IMG/VR virus record: IMGVR_UViG_3300001722_000025
Coordinates: 1-35,447 of that record
DNA length: 35,447 nucleotides
Direction: 5' to 3' (one strand)
Origin: a virus
Lineage: Duplodnaviria > Caudoviricetes
Under the pieces are notes generated by a model. That model was not told the DNA's origin. It did no database searches and saw only the letters and a program-made list of their open reading frames with translations. Below, piece by piece: positions 17,597 to 25,395 of the stretch (positions within the stretch are counted from its first letter, which is position 1; each line of letters begins with the position of its first letter). The position numbers and the translations under genes are program-made.

Positions 17597-18732
17597 TACA
17601 GCAGCTCCTGTGGGATTGAATCGCGGATTACGAGATCGTCAATGGAGTACCATTCTTCTCGCCTGTCTGAGTTCGGATAGGTTTGGAAGAAGTCGTTTCC
17701 TCCGATGGCCACAATATTCCACTTAGCGTTTTCATCTTTCGTTGCAGAAGGCCGAATCCACGGTATTTTGGTACTAACGAAACACTGCTCGTCATTTATC
17801 CACTGACGAGCCTCGCCATCCGTTTCTCCCGGGGATGAGTTCATCTTCACGAAGAATCCGAGTTTCGTCCAAGCATCACCAGCGCCGAACAACTGGTCAT
17901 GATCTATTGTGCCGGTTAGAGTTCCGCCATTTACACGATCAACGAGTTGCGGGTCGCCGCCATTCTTTCCCATACCTGCCAAACTGCTTGTGTAATTTAT
18001 GTTGAAATCCCCCAAGCTTCCGGAGGTCAGGAAGCTCCCCACGTCGGGAATATCCCCACTGGAAAAGCTGTAGTTGTCGCTATGTGGCCCACCTCTTACG
18101 GCAAGGGCATTACGCATCCCGTAAGTTGGCTTTAGCTTGTGGTCCCAAAGGAGCATCGGGCCTATCTCACCATCCCCGAATGCGTCGTACTCGGACCCTT
18201 GTCCGCTCCAGCTTGAAACCCTGAATATCTTCGATGTTGCGCCTCCATGGCCGCCGTCTGCCAGTCTTGTCCAGTTAGGACTGAATCGTATCCAGAACTC
18301 CACATAGATTTCGCTGCGACCCTGTGGAAAATGTTTCAGCAGAATAGACTCGGAATTCCAGTAGTTTGATCCGGGGTCATTGCAATCTCTGTAACTTACA
18401 AAGCTCTTTCCTATGCCGCTCCGCGTTTTGTCGGCATTGGATGCAAGTATTTCAATGGTTTCATGGCGGTCTGGGTGCCCTTTGGATGGAGCCCAAACAG
18501 GAACCTGCCGAATAGAAGTCCAGTTATTGGGGACCGTGTACCCGTCTCTCGCCCTCTGAGTTGAGTCTGTACTGTGCATGGCACTTGTAAAGTCTGGTTG
18601 GTCGTCGAATGACTCACTGAAAATCACACCTTGAGGATCAACTGAAGCATCATAAGCCGCCTCAAACCCGCCGCCGGATTTCGCTCTAGCTGGGATTATT
18701 CGGCCTGGGTTTATTTGGTTAATGCCTGGCAT
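17596..18732 (-). CDS. Putative polysaccharide lyase / ConA-like jelly-roll protein
   Basis: 378 aa with FSESFD, EIYVEFWIRFS, KIFR, W..L...VKMNS.PG..DG....WIN, IGGN and YSIDDLVI, the pattern of Polysacc_lyase/PL14-like folds. No signal peptide. Confidence 0.65.
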   Translation of the reverse strand: MPGINQINPGRIIPARAKSGGGFEAAYDASVDPQGVIFSESFDDQPDFTSAMHSTDSTQRARDGYTVPNNWTSIRQVPVWAPSKGHPDRHETIEILASNADKTRSGIGKSFVSYRDCNDPGSNYWNSESILLKHFPQGRSEIYVEFWIRFSPNWTRLADGGHGGATSKIFRVSSWSGQGSEYDAFGDGEIGPMLLWDHKLKPTYGMRNALAVRGGPHSDNYSFSSGDIPDVGSFLTSGSLGDFNINYTSSLAGMGKNGGDPQLVDRVNGGTLTGTIDHDQLFGAGDAWTKLGFFVKMNSSPGETDGEARQWINDEQCFVSTKIPWIRPSATKDENAKWNIVAIGGNDFFQTYPNSDRREEWYSIDDLVIRDSIPQELL

Positions 18733-18992
18733 TACTCACCACCTCTTTGTTCAGACCACTCCAGCGCGTCAGCCTTATCGCCGTTGCACTGGCCAACAGC
18801 ATCCTTCAGCACCTCAACATAGTCCGGGCAGTAGTAAATCAAGTTAACCTTCGGCCCTGGTATCCGTGTTGGCTGCAGGTACTCTGCCGGCACCCTCTCG
18901 CGCACTGTCTCCGTGCGGGTCAAGTACTGTGTCTCGGCGCATGATGTCAAAAACAGCATCAGGCCAAGGCTGGTTAACGCAGTCCGGAGCAT
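18732..18992 (-). CDS. Outer-membrane spanin (Rz1-like lipoprotein), 86 aa
   Basis: True start at ATG 18992: MLRTALTSLGLMLFLTS-C lipobox, Pro-rich stretch and CNGDK; overlaps the 3' part of the i-spanin in another frame. Confidence 0.85.
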   Translation of the reverse strand: MLRTALTSLGLMLFLTSCAETQYLTRTETVRERVPAEYLQPTRIPGPKVNLIYYCPDYVEVLKDAVGQCNGDKADALEWSEQRGGE

Positions 18993-19305
18993 CTTCAAGG
19001 GCCTTCTGGAGTTCAGTTCGGGTTTGGGCCAGTTGCTGATCTCGCAGCCGTGCCCGTTGCTGGCGCTCAATCGCTTTCTGATCGCGCCAGGCAATATCTT
19101 GTTCAAGGTATTTAATCGAAGCCACGTTCTCGCGGTTTGCCTGTGCGGCATTGCTGAGCGACTGGGCCTGCACGGCGTTCTTTTCCAGCAGTGCTTCCCG
19201 ATCGCTCCACAACCACCAAAAAGCGATTGCAGTAACAGCAACCAGAGAGACCACAACCGGCACCAGGTAAGGCGCAAGCTTGGCCTTGGCAGCTGCGAAG
19301 ATCAT
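18844..19305 (-). CDS. Inner-membrane spanin (Rz-like)
   Basis: N-terminal TM segment, coiled coil and C..QPWPDAV motif. Confidence 0.85.
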   Translation of the reverse strand: MIFAAAKAKLAPYLVPVVVSLVAVTAIAFWWLWSDREALLEKNAVQAQSLSNAAQANRENVASIKYLEQDIAWRDQKAIERQQRARLRDQQLAQTRTELQKALEDAPDCVNQPWPDAVFDIMRRDTVLDPHGDSAREGAGRVPAANTDTRAEG

Positions 19306-19547
19306 GGCTTAGCCCTACTCGCCCAGGCTTCCGCGATGTTGTTGCCGAAGTAGCTTATGATCAGCGTTGCGCTTATGCCGTAAGACCAGCCAACAACAAC
19401 ACTCATCGCAGGCAGCGCGCCAGGCTTGGCAAGCTCCACTAACGCCCACAGAGGGGTCTGCAGAAACGCCCACCACATGCCCGCGTAATAGCCACGGCGC
19501 CTGTGCGTCCACCAACGGTTTGGGTCTGGGTGAGCATCGCCTTGCAT
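19302..19547 (-). CDS. Holin-like 2-TM protein, 81 aa
   Basis: ATG 19547 coupled via TGATG; RRR followed by two hydrophobic helices and YFG; lies in the lysis cassette. Confidence 0.65.
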   Translation of the reverse strand: MQGDAHPDPNRWWTHRRRGYYAGMWWAFLQTPLWALVELAKPGALPAMSVVVGWSYGISATLIISYFGNNIAEAWASRAKP

Positions 19548-19930
19548 CACCTCGACTCCTCTTCCGACATGCGGCGCTTCAGGATCTCTATCTCGCCCTG
19601 CATACCAATCATCCGGGCATTGCACTCTTCGCGCTCTGCAACAATGGCCTGTCTGTGATCTTCGGCCTGAACCTTCATCATCGTGTCCAGGTTCAAAACC
19701 AGACCATTTAGCCGCGCGATCTCTGCGGCCAGGTGATTCACCAGCATATTTTCACGCTCTGCCAAATCCGTATCGCGCGCGGTTTTTCTGAGAAAAATAA
19801 TTTTCACGAAACCCACTGCCGCAAAGCACGCTGCCGTAAAGACAGCCCCGAGAAAGGCCCAGAAGCCGTTTCCATCTGCTAAGTTGGTCAAGGCATTCCA
19901 AGGCATTCTCGGGCTCGCGTCTCTGGTCAT
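19547..19930 (-). CDS. 1-TM coiled-coil protein (holin/antiholin candidate)
   Basis: FWAFLGAVFTAACFAAVGFVKIIF TM segment then a coiled coil; start at 19930 or 19906. Confidence 0.6.
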   Translation of the reverse strand: MTRDASPRMPWNALTNLADGNGFWAFLGAVFTAACFAAVGFVKIIFLRKTARDTDLAERENMLVNHLAAEIARLNGLVLNLDTMMKVQAEDHRQAIVAEREECNARMIGMQGEIEILKRRMSEEESR

Positions 19931-19941
19931 TTGGGCTCGGA

Positions 19942-20325
19942 TTACGGGTAGCGATTCCACGGCAACTGAAAGTGCGGCCCGTCTTTGAACGTTTTCCAAT
20001 CGCCGCCCCACTCCAGAGGCACATCAAGCTCACTGGCTGCCTGCTTCATTGCGGCTGCAATCTTATGGTAGAGCGGCCAATCCCAGCGCACGCCGCCGGT
20101 TACCCATGCACCAAGATCTACTGCATGGCCAGTCAAATGCCGGCTGTTCATTGTGGTAGTCGCGCCAACATTGAACAGCTCACGTTGCCGCGACTGGGTG
20201 CGCACACCCTCAAGCACCGTGAAATCCACATCCGTGATCTGGATTGCGCGTTCAACCACCGCAAAGAGATCGTTATGAACCCCGCCAAGCCGGGCCAGAG
20301 ATCTGCTGCTCAGCTTGTAAGCCAT
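19942..20325 (-). CDS. Endolysin, M15 family peptidase (T5-like L-Ala-D-Glu)
   Basis: SRHLTGHAVD, WGGDW and DGPHFQL zinc-peptidase motifs; GAGGT RBS before ATG 20325. Confidence 0.93.
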   Translation of the reverse strand: MAYKLSSRSLARLGGVHNDLFAVVERAIQITDVDFTVLEGVRTQSRQRELFNVGATTTMNSRHLTGHAVDLGAWVTGGVRWDWPLYHKIAAAMKQAASELDVPLEWGGDWKTFKDGPHFQLPWNRYP

Positions 20326-20340
20326 ACCCACCTCGCATAA

Positions 20341-20371
20341 ACAAAAAAGCCCGAGACAACAAAACTCGGGC
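20341..20371 (-). terminator. Second late-leader terminator
   Basis: GCCCGAG...CTCGGGC followed by TTTTTTGT. Confidence 0.75.
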
Positions 20372-20436
20372 AACGGGCTCCACTAACAACCAACAATGCA
20401 AAAGCGACACAGCCACACCGCAAAAGCCCGCACCAC

Positions 20437-20470
20437 AAAAAGAAAAACCCGGCTATCGCTAACCGGGTTT
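20437..20470 (-). terminator. tR'-like late-leader terminator
   Basis: AAACCCGGTTA-GCGA-TAGCCGGGTTT followed by TTCTTTTT. Confidence 0.8.
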
Positions 20471-20520
20471 CTCAGGGCTCTTTTAGTGTTCAGTCACACT
20501 TCTGTGACCGTACGTGATTT

Positions 20521-20549
20521 AGACTATATCCGTGCATGCACAAAGTCAA
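20521..20549 (-). promoter_or_regulatory. Late promoter (pR'-like)
   Basis: TTGACT-17 bp-TAGTCT just downstream of Q; the spacer contains the perfect palindrome GTGCATGCAC (20532-20541). Confidence 0.7.
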
Positions 20550-20574
20550 CTTACTTTAGTTTTTATCAATCTGA

Positions 20575-20904
20575 TTACTCGTGAAGGCGACCATCAACCC
20601 AAGCCTCCGCACTGCGCAGCAACACACGCACCTTCTCACGGCTCATCTTCACCTCAAGGCCAATCATTGAGTAATCCCAGCGCCGCACATAGTAGGCCAG
20701 CACCACCTTGCCCAACTGAGGCTCACGAGCCTTCAGGCTGGCCACAGCACCATCCACCGCCATTGCCTCATCGTCTGGCACGTTACAGCCACCACCAACA
20801 CCTGCAGCCAGGTTAACAGCCGCATAACCAGAACTAACCCCACCACTGCGCACCCACATTCCCCAGGCCTGCAACCGCCGCCTTGTTTCATCCAGCATAA
20901 CCAT
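20575..20904 (-). CDS. Antitermination protein Q
   Basis: L.AWG.W...G, DDEAMAVDGAVASL and L..AEAWVDG motifs of the Phage_antitermQ family; lies upstream of the lysis genes. Confidence 0.9.
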   Translation of the reverse strand: MVMLDETRRRLQAWGMWVRSGGVSSGYAAVNLAAGVGGGCNVPDDEAMAVDGAVASLKAREPQLGKVVLAYYVRRWDYSMIGLEVKMSREKVRVLLRSAEAWVDGRLHE

Positions 20905-20927
20905 CTCCCCTATCGGTTTTTTTATAT

Positions 20928-21218
20928 GTGCAGGGTACGTGCAGGGTTAGAAACAAACCCTGCACGTTTTTAGCCTTACTCTCCCAACGTTTGTGCAGGG
21001 TGTGCAGGGTGTGCATAGTTACTTTCTTACGCGCGAGAAAAAAAAGAAGTAGAGGATTTACCCTTGGCAATCCCCCGCATAAATACGCGCCCGCGCGCGA
21101 TACAAACCCTGCACACCCTGCACACCCTGCACATCCCTTCTGCCCCAACGTCTCAAAGCGTGCAGGGTTGAAAACAGACCCTGCACGTACCCTGCACGTT
21201 TTTGCCCAAACCCTGCCC
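20928..21218. repeat. Palindromic iteron array, probable replication origin
   Basis: 11 perfect and 2 degenerate copies of GTGCAGGGT/ACCCTGCAC arranged with two-fold symmetry around an A-tract, directly after the helicase gene. Confidence 0.8.
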
Positions 21219-21225
21219 ATAAGCA

Positions 21226-22839
21226 TCACTCAGGCTCCATATTGCCGGCCTTGTGGCGAAACTCAGCCACACACTCACCCAGGTAACTTATCTTCGGCTT
21301 ATCCTCAGGCATGTCGCCAATCACAAACATCATGGCCTGGTGCTCAACCCCTCTTAACCGGTACCTCTGCCTCTCCTTAAGCAGCCTGCTGGAGAAGATC
21401 GTAACCAACTTGGTTTCAGACAAAGGCCGGTTGCCCGTCTCAGAACACCAGCGCTTGTAATAAAGATACAAGTCTCGCGTTGTGCAGCTCCGGAACGGCA
21501 CATCCAAATCACCCTCCTTCCAATCCCTGAAGAACACCTCAAAGCCCGGCAAACTGAACTCAATTACCCGCTTGCGCGCGTTCGTTTCCAAAGGCTTCGT
21601 GTGTGGCGAGAAGTCGCCAAGTTCGTAATCCAGAAGCAGCTGGTAGAAGGCCGCAGGCCCACCGTGCTCCAATTCATAGGAAACACGCGCCTGCAATTCA
21701 GAAGAGAGTGTTTTGCGGGGCCAGGCCACAAGGAACCGCCGATCAGAAGGCTCCAGCGGGAAAGGCTGAATCTCGTTACTCAGGAACACCGCATTCATGT
21801 GGTTGGCTTCTTCCCAGCCGCTCACAAACTTGCGCTCGATGCGCTGAGTGGTGCCCGTAATCATGTGCTTGATAGTGCCCATCTGGTTGTGCTTCTCCGT
21901 GCGCGAAAGCACCTCCTCAAACACCGCATACAACAACCGGCTTCGCCAATCCGTATACTGGCTTTCCAGCTGGTGCTGGCCAAGCACCGAAGCATACCGG
22001 CCGTAAATGGTGGTCATAACCCGCCCGAAAAACAGCGATTTACCACTACCCTGCACATCCGAATGGAACAGCAGCGCCGTATCAAGCTTCGCGCCCACAT
22101 TCTGTAGCGGATAAGCCAGCCAGCGAATCACCCAATCCGCTGTCTCCTGATCGCCGTTACAAAGGTGGGTTAGCAAATCGAAAATGCCCTTGCACTTGGT
22201 GTAACGCTCAGCCTTGGCCATATCATCCGCAATCAACGGAATACCGGTAAACGTATTGATGGTGGCATCAGGATCGGCCTGCTGAGTGGGATCAAACACA
22301 ATGTTGTCCTGGTCCATCACCGTGCGCCTTGGGTGCTCCATCCAGCGCGTGTAATCGTTCGGCCTGTACGCCTTCAGAGCCTCAAGGGGTACAACATCCT
22401 GCCGTTGCCTGTCCCAAGCGTTCTTTGTGGGATAGATATACACAAACCGCTCAATCATCTGCAACAACGGATCGTTCGAGGCCTGCTTTGCCTGGTCCCC
22501 GTTCACCTGTACCCAAGTAACCACTCGCCGGTTTGGGTCCTTCAGCCAGGCATTGAACAAATCATTGCCCAAAGTCGCCTTCATGCCCGCCTGCTTGAAC
22601 ACCTTTTGCAGCTGCGAATCGTAGATCTTCGTTTCACCATGAATAAGCGCATAACGCTGAAGGGCTTTCTTCAAGGGATCAACCTCCCCCGCACCCCCAC
22701 AATCAGAGGGGGTCCGGGGAGTGGAATCCATAGGGGAAGGATTGTTCACAGGGCCAGCTTCAATCGCCGCCATCACCTGTTTGCGAACAGCATCAATGCC
22801 ATGCGCATTATGAAGATCGTTAAAATCACTCAGAGGCAT
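21226..22839 (-). CDS. Primase-associated SF3-type helicase (DUF5906/D5-like P-loop)
   Basis: Walker A QGSGKS, FEEV, FLSN, DRRF and a C-terminal wHTH. Start at ATG 22839 after GGAG; begins with the SDFNDLH Toprim tail. Confidence 0.88.
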   Translation of the reverse strand: MPLSDFNDLHNAHGIDAVRKQVMAAIEAGPVNNPSPMDSTPRTPSDCGGAGEVDPLKKALQRYALIHGETKIYDSQLQKVFKQAGMKATLGNDLFNAWLKDPNRRVVTWVQVNGDQAKQASNDPLLQMIERFVYIYPTKNAWDRQRQDVVPLEALKAYRPNDYTRWMEHPRRTVMDQDNIVFDPTQQADPDATINTFTGIPLIADDMAKAERYTKCKGIFDLLTHLCNGDQETADWVIRWLAYPLQNVGAKLDTALLFHSDVQGSGKSLFFGRVMTTIYGRYASVLGQHQLESQYTDWRSRLLYAVFEEVLSRTEKHNQMGTIKHMITGTTQRIERKFVSGWEEANHMNAVFLSNEIQPFPLEPSDRRFLVAWPRKTLSSELQARVSYELEHGGPAAFYQLLLDYELGDFSPHTKPLETNARKRVIEFSLPGFEVFFRDWKEGDLDVPFRSCTTRDLYLYYKRWCSETGNRPLSETKLVTIFSSRLLKERQRYRLRGVEHQAMMFVIGDMPEDKPKISYLGECVAEFRHKAGNMEPE

Positions 22840-23725
22840 GGGCAAGCTCCGCAAATTCCGGAACCACCCAAACACCATTCACAGCTTCAGCAGCGGCCTT
22901 GGCTTTCACCAAACCAGTGTTGCCCCGCCCAGTATCTGCGTCAGTATCGCCAGCAATGCACAGCAGCGCTTTGGGCAAAACCGCACGCAGCGCCTTGGCA
23001 ACCGGCGCCAAATTGCCCGCATCAAACGCAACCGCAACCGGCAAGCCCGTAGCCATGTGCACGCTGGCGCCCGTGGCGTAACCTTCAACAATCACCACAT
23101 GGCAGGCATCTGAAGGCCCAGGCACAAGGCCAAGCCAGTGGAAGGCACCCTTCTTTGGCGTACCGGTGAGGAACTTCTTTGTGCCCTCTCCATCCACAAA
23201 CTGCAGGCCCACCAGATCAACCCCGAAGGCCTCACCTTCTGTGCAGGGTACACATCGGTACAGAGGCACAACCACACTGCCCCTGCTGAAACGCAAGCCA
23301 TAGGCCCGCACACCCTTTTTATCCAGATAGGCGCTACCGCCCTCTTCCGGCAGGTTCGCCCAAATCTTTGCAGCGCGCTCTGCACATTGCTCCGCAGCCT
23401 TTCGTGCTTCCTCAGCCACCTGTTTGGCAGCCTCACGCCGGCGGCGCTCATATTCAGCCCTGTCCGCAGCCGACAGCTCACGCGCCTTCATGCCAATCTT
23501 GCAGCTTTCTGCATCCGGTTTTTTGTAATTTCCGAAGAAGCCAGACAAGCCAATGGCGCCAGAGCTCAATCGGAACTCGTGCACCACGTACCATCCGCTT
23601 TTGTCTTTGCCCTTATCCGGGCGAGGAAGAGTAACGGGAACGCGCACAATCTTTCCGGAGGGATCCAGCGAATCGACCAGCAGGCCCGCGTTGCGCATTT
23701 GATTGAGCACCGCATCAACGTCCAT
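22826..23725 (-). CDS. Toprim-domain DNA primase (P4 alpha-like N-terminal part)
   Basis: KSGWY, YL..KGV, LQF...G.KKFL.G, EGYATG, AFDAGNL and GDTD motifs. Confidence 0.9.
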   Translation of the reverse strand: MDVDAVLNQMRNAGLLVDSLDPSGKIVRVPVTLPRPDKGKDKSGWYVVHEFRLSSGAIGLSGFFGNYKKPDAESCKIGMKARELSAADRAEYERRRREAAKQVAEEARKAAEQCAERAAKIWANLPEEGGSAYLDKKGVRAYGLRFSRGSVVVPLYRCVPCTEGEAFGVDLVGLQFVDGEGTKKFLTGTPKKGAFHWLGLVPGPSDACHVVIVEGYATGASVHMATGLPVAVAFDAGNLAPVAKALRAVLPKALLCIAGDTDADTGRGNTGLVKAKAAAEAVNGVWVVPEFAELAHASE

Positions 23726-23791
23726 TGCGGCCCCCGTAAACGAGAAAATGTGACATGGAAAGAGCCCTCCATCCAGTATCTGTGTGGTTAC

Positions 23792-24028
23792 TTATGCAGC
23801 TGAGTTATCTTTGCGACGATCTGGAGAGACACCAAAAACATCAGGACGCATTTCGTACCGTGTTACGGCACCCTCCGAAGCCACTTCAAGATCAATGCAG
23901 TGCTCGGACGGGACTCTCTTCCAATAGCTCAATGCAGGCGGAGAAATACCGCAGATTTCAGCAACTTTGCGCTTGGTTTTGATATCGGGATGGGCCTTCA
24001 GCCTTTCGAAAATCTTGTTCAGGTGCAT
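23792..24028 (-). CDS. Cro-like repressor (YdaS family)
   Basis: HTH VAEICGISPPALSYW, VP.EHC..LE and VTRYEMRPDVF; divergent from cI. Confidence 0.9.
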   Translation of the reverse strand: MHLNKIFERLKAHPDIKTKRKVAEICGISPPALSYWKRVPSEHCIDLEVASEGAVTRYEMRPDVFGVSPDRRKDNSAA

Positions 24029-24045
24029 CGGTCCGGTCTCGCAAA

Positions 24046-24092
24046 CTTAATTAGATTAAGGCGAGCTTAACCCCGTTGCTGGGCATTGACAA
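24046..24092 (-). promoter_or_regulatory. pR-like promoter with operator palindrome
   Basis: TTGTCA (24092-24087)-17 bp-TAAGCT (24069-24064), followed by the palindrome CTTAAT-N3-ATTAAG (24046-24060). Confidence 0.7.
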
Positions 24093-24114
24093 GGTTAGAA
24101 TCTAATTTGGCGCC

Positions 24115-24534
24115 ATGGACAAAAATGAAGAGTTTCTTAATCGGCTTAAAGAAGCCATCAATGACGGCGACGCTAAACAAGTTCGCATTGCAGAGTATTG
24201 CGATGTTTCAGAGCAGGCCGTGGCACGCTGGAAGCGCACTGGGCAGATCAGCAAAGACAACCTGTTTGCTCTCAGCGAGGTAAGCGGTTACCGCTACTTG
24301 TGGATCAAAGAAGGCGAAGGAAAAAAACGGATTGCCTCAGTGAGCGAGAACAGAGGCCAATACATGGTGGCTGAGAATGCCAAGGTCTACTACGCCCGCG
24401 ATATAGGCGCCGAATCAGATGAAATAGAACCTCTGATTGAAGCAATACGGCAAGCCCATGCTAATAAGGTGCTGAGCAACCAGGCAATCGAACATCTAAC
24501 CAATTTCATAAGAACGCTCAATAACCGGCGCTGA
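24115..24534 (+). CDS. CI-like repressor (XRE HTH, no peptidase domain)
   Basis: RLKEAI...QVRIAEYCDVSEQAVARWKRTG...WI..G.G; divergent from cro; only 139 aa. Confidence 0.85.
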   Translation: MDKNEEFLNRLKEAINDGDAKQVRIAEYCDVSEQAVARWKRTGQISKDNLFALSEVSGYRYLWIKEGEGKKRIASVSENRGQYMVAENAKVYYARDIGAESDEIEPLIEAIRQAHANKVLSNQAIEHLTNFIRTLNNRR

Positions 24535-24562
24535 TGTCAGCCAATCTCTAACGGGGCAGGAA

Positions 24563-25366
24563 ATGGACTTTCTAACCGCACTCATAATTCTAGCCATTGT
24601 CGTTGCGATATTCGGCTCAAAAAAGGGAAAGAGCCGTAAACGCAGCAAGCAGAAATCCTTCAAGAATAGCAATAAGACAACCCCTGCCAAGAGAATCGCT
24701 GACCGCGAGCCAAAACCTGACCCTTACACAATTTTGTACGACCATTGGAAGGATGTTGAGGCAGGAATTATCTCCGTTCCCCGCTGGTATAACGATCCAG
24801 TAACTGAAGCCCAGCTTAAGCGCCTTGAAGACGATGAAATACAATTGCCTGGACGGGTCATTACAAAAGGCCAGGCATCTGACCTCATCGGACTAGCCGA
24901 AGACCCCGGGCTTGGTGAACTTGAGATACTAAAGTTTTTCAAAATCACAGGGCTCCCAGTCAAACATCGATCGATTGCTCTGATCGAAATAGAGCGCCTG
25001 ATGGCCGACCCTGAAAATGCATCTCAGTGGAACAATCGCCCAGCTACGCCAATTCAAAAAGAGTACTACCGATACTTCGGCTTGCAGGCACGCAAAGGCC
25101 TTACAGCTTCTGAAGCGCAGGACACTATTGCAGCCAACGAACTGACAGACGAACAAGATGATGAGTGGTTCTCATACTCAGATATATTTGAGGAACTTCA
25201 AGACAAAGACTTCCGAGAGAGTTACGACTTAAAGAAACCTTCAATCACTTTAATCCGCCAAGCGATTAAGCAACGCACCGATCAAGGCGAGAAGATCACA
25301 GAGCTGTCAGCAGACGATATCGTAGATACCCTCCTCGAAATAAAGCCCGACCTCGAAAAGAATTAA
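24563..25366 (+). CDS. Membrane-anchored hypothetical protein (immunity-region accessory)
   Basis: N-terminal TM segment, Lys-rich stretch and two P.T..Q...T..(Q/E)A...I repeats; lower GC by eye; directly downstream of cI. Confidence 0.8.
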   Translation: MDFLTALIILAIVVAIFGSKKGKSRKRSKQKSFKNSNKTTPAKRIADREPKPDPYTILYDHWKDVEAGIISVPRWYNDPVTEAQLKRLEDDEIQLPGRVITKGQASDLIGLAEDPGLGELEILKFFKITGLPVKHRSIALIEIERLMADPENASQWNNRPATPIQKEYYRYFGLQARKGLTASEAQDTIAANELTDEQDDEWFSYSDIFEELQDKDFRESYDLKKPSITLIRQAIKQRTDQGEKITELSADDIVDTLLEIKPDLEKN

Positions 25367-25395
25367 TCCATCGCATTAAGTTCTTCTAAATTTGC

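Noticed and set aside
18993-19277. N-terminal extension of the 181-aa ORF 18732-19277
   Set aside because: The lipoprotein signal starts at ATG 18992; the upstream part is an alternative frame of the i-spanin.
20928-21218. CRISPR-like array
   Set aside because: The repeats are 9 bp, occur in both orientations, lack unique regular spacers, and there are no cas genes.
20888-21380. ORFs 20888-21229 (-) and 20928-21380 (+) with CAGCAG/HPAHPA repeats
   Set aside because: The peptide repeats are just translations of the 9-bp iterons; the region is better explained as an origin.
23792-24028. YdaS/YdaT toxin-antitoxin pair
   Set aside because: The YdaS-like protein is in the cro position and no YdaT/CII-like partner follows it.
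24086-24114. Plus-strand TTGACA as the -35 of the cI promoter, and a TTG-started 65-aa ORF
   Set aside because: There is no -10 at 16-18 bp spacing; the same bases form the -35 of the minus-strand pR, and the ORF overlaps cI out of frame.
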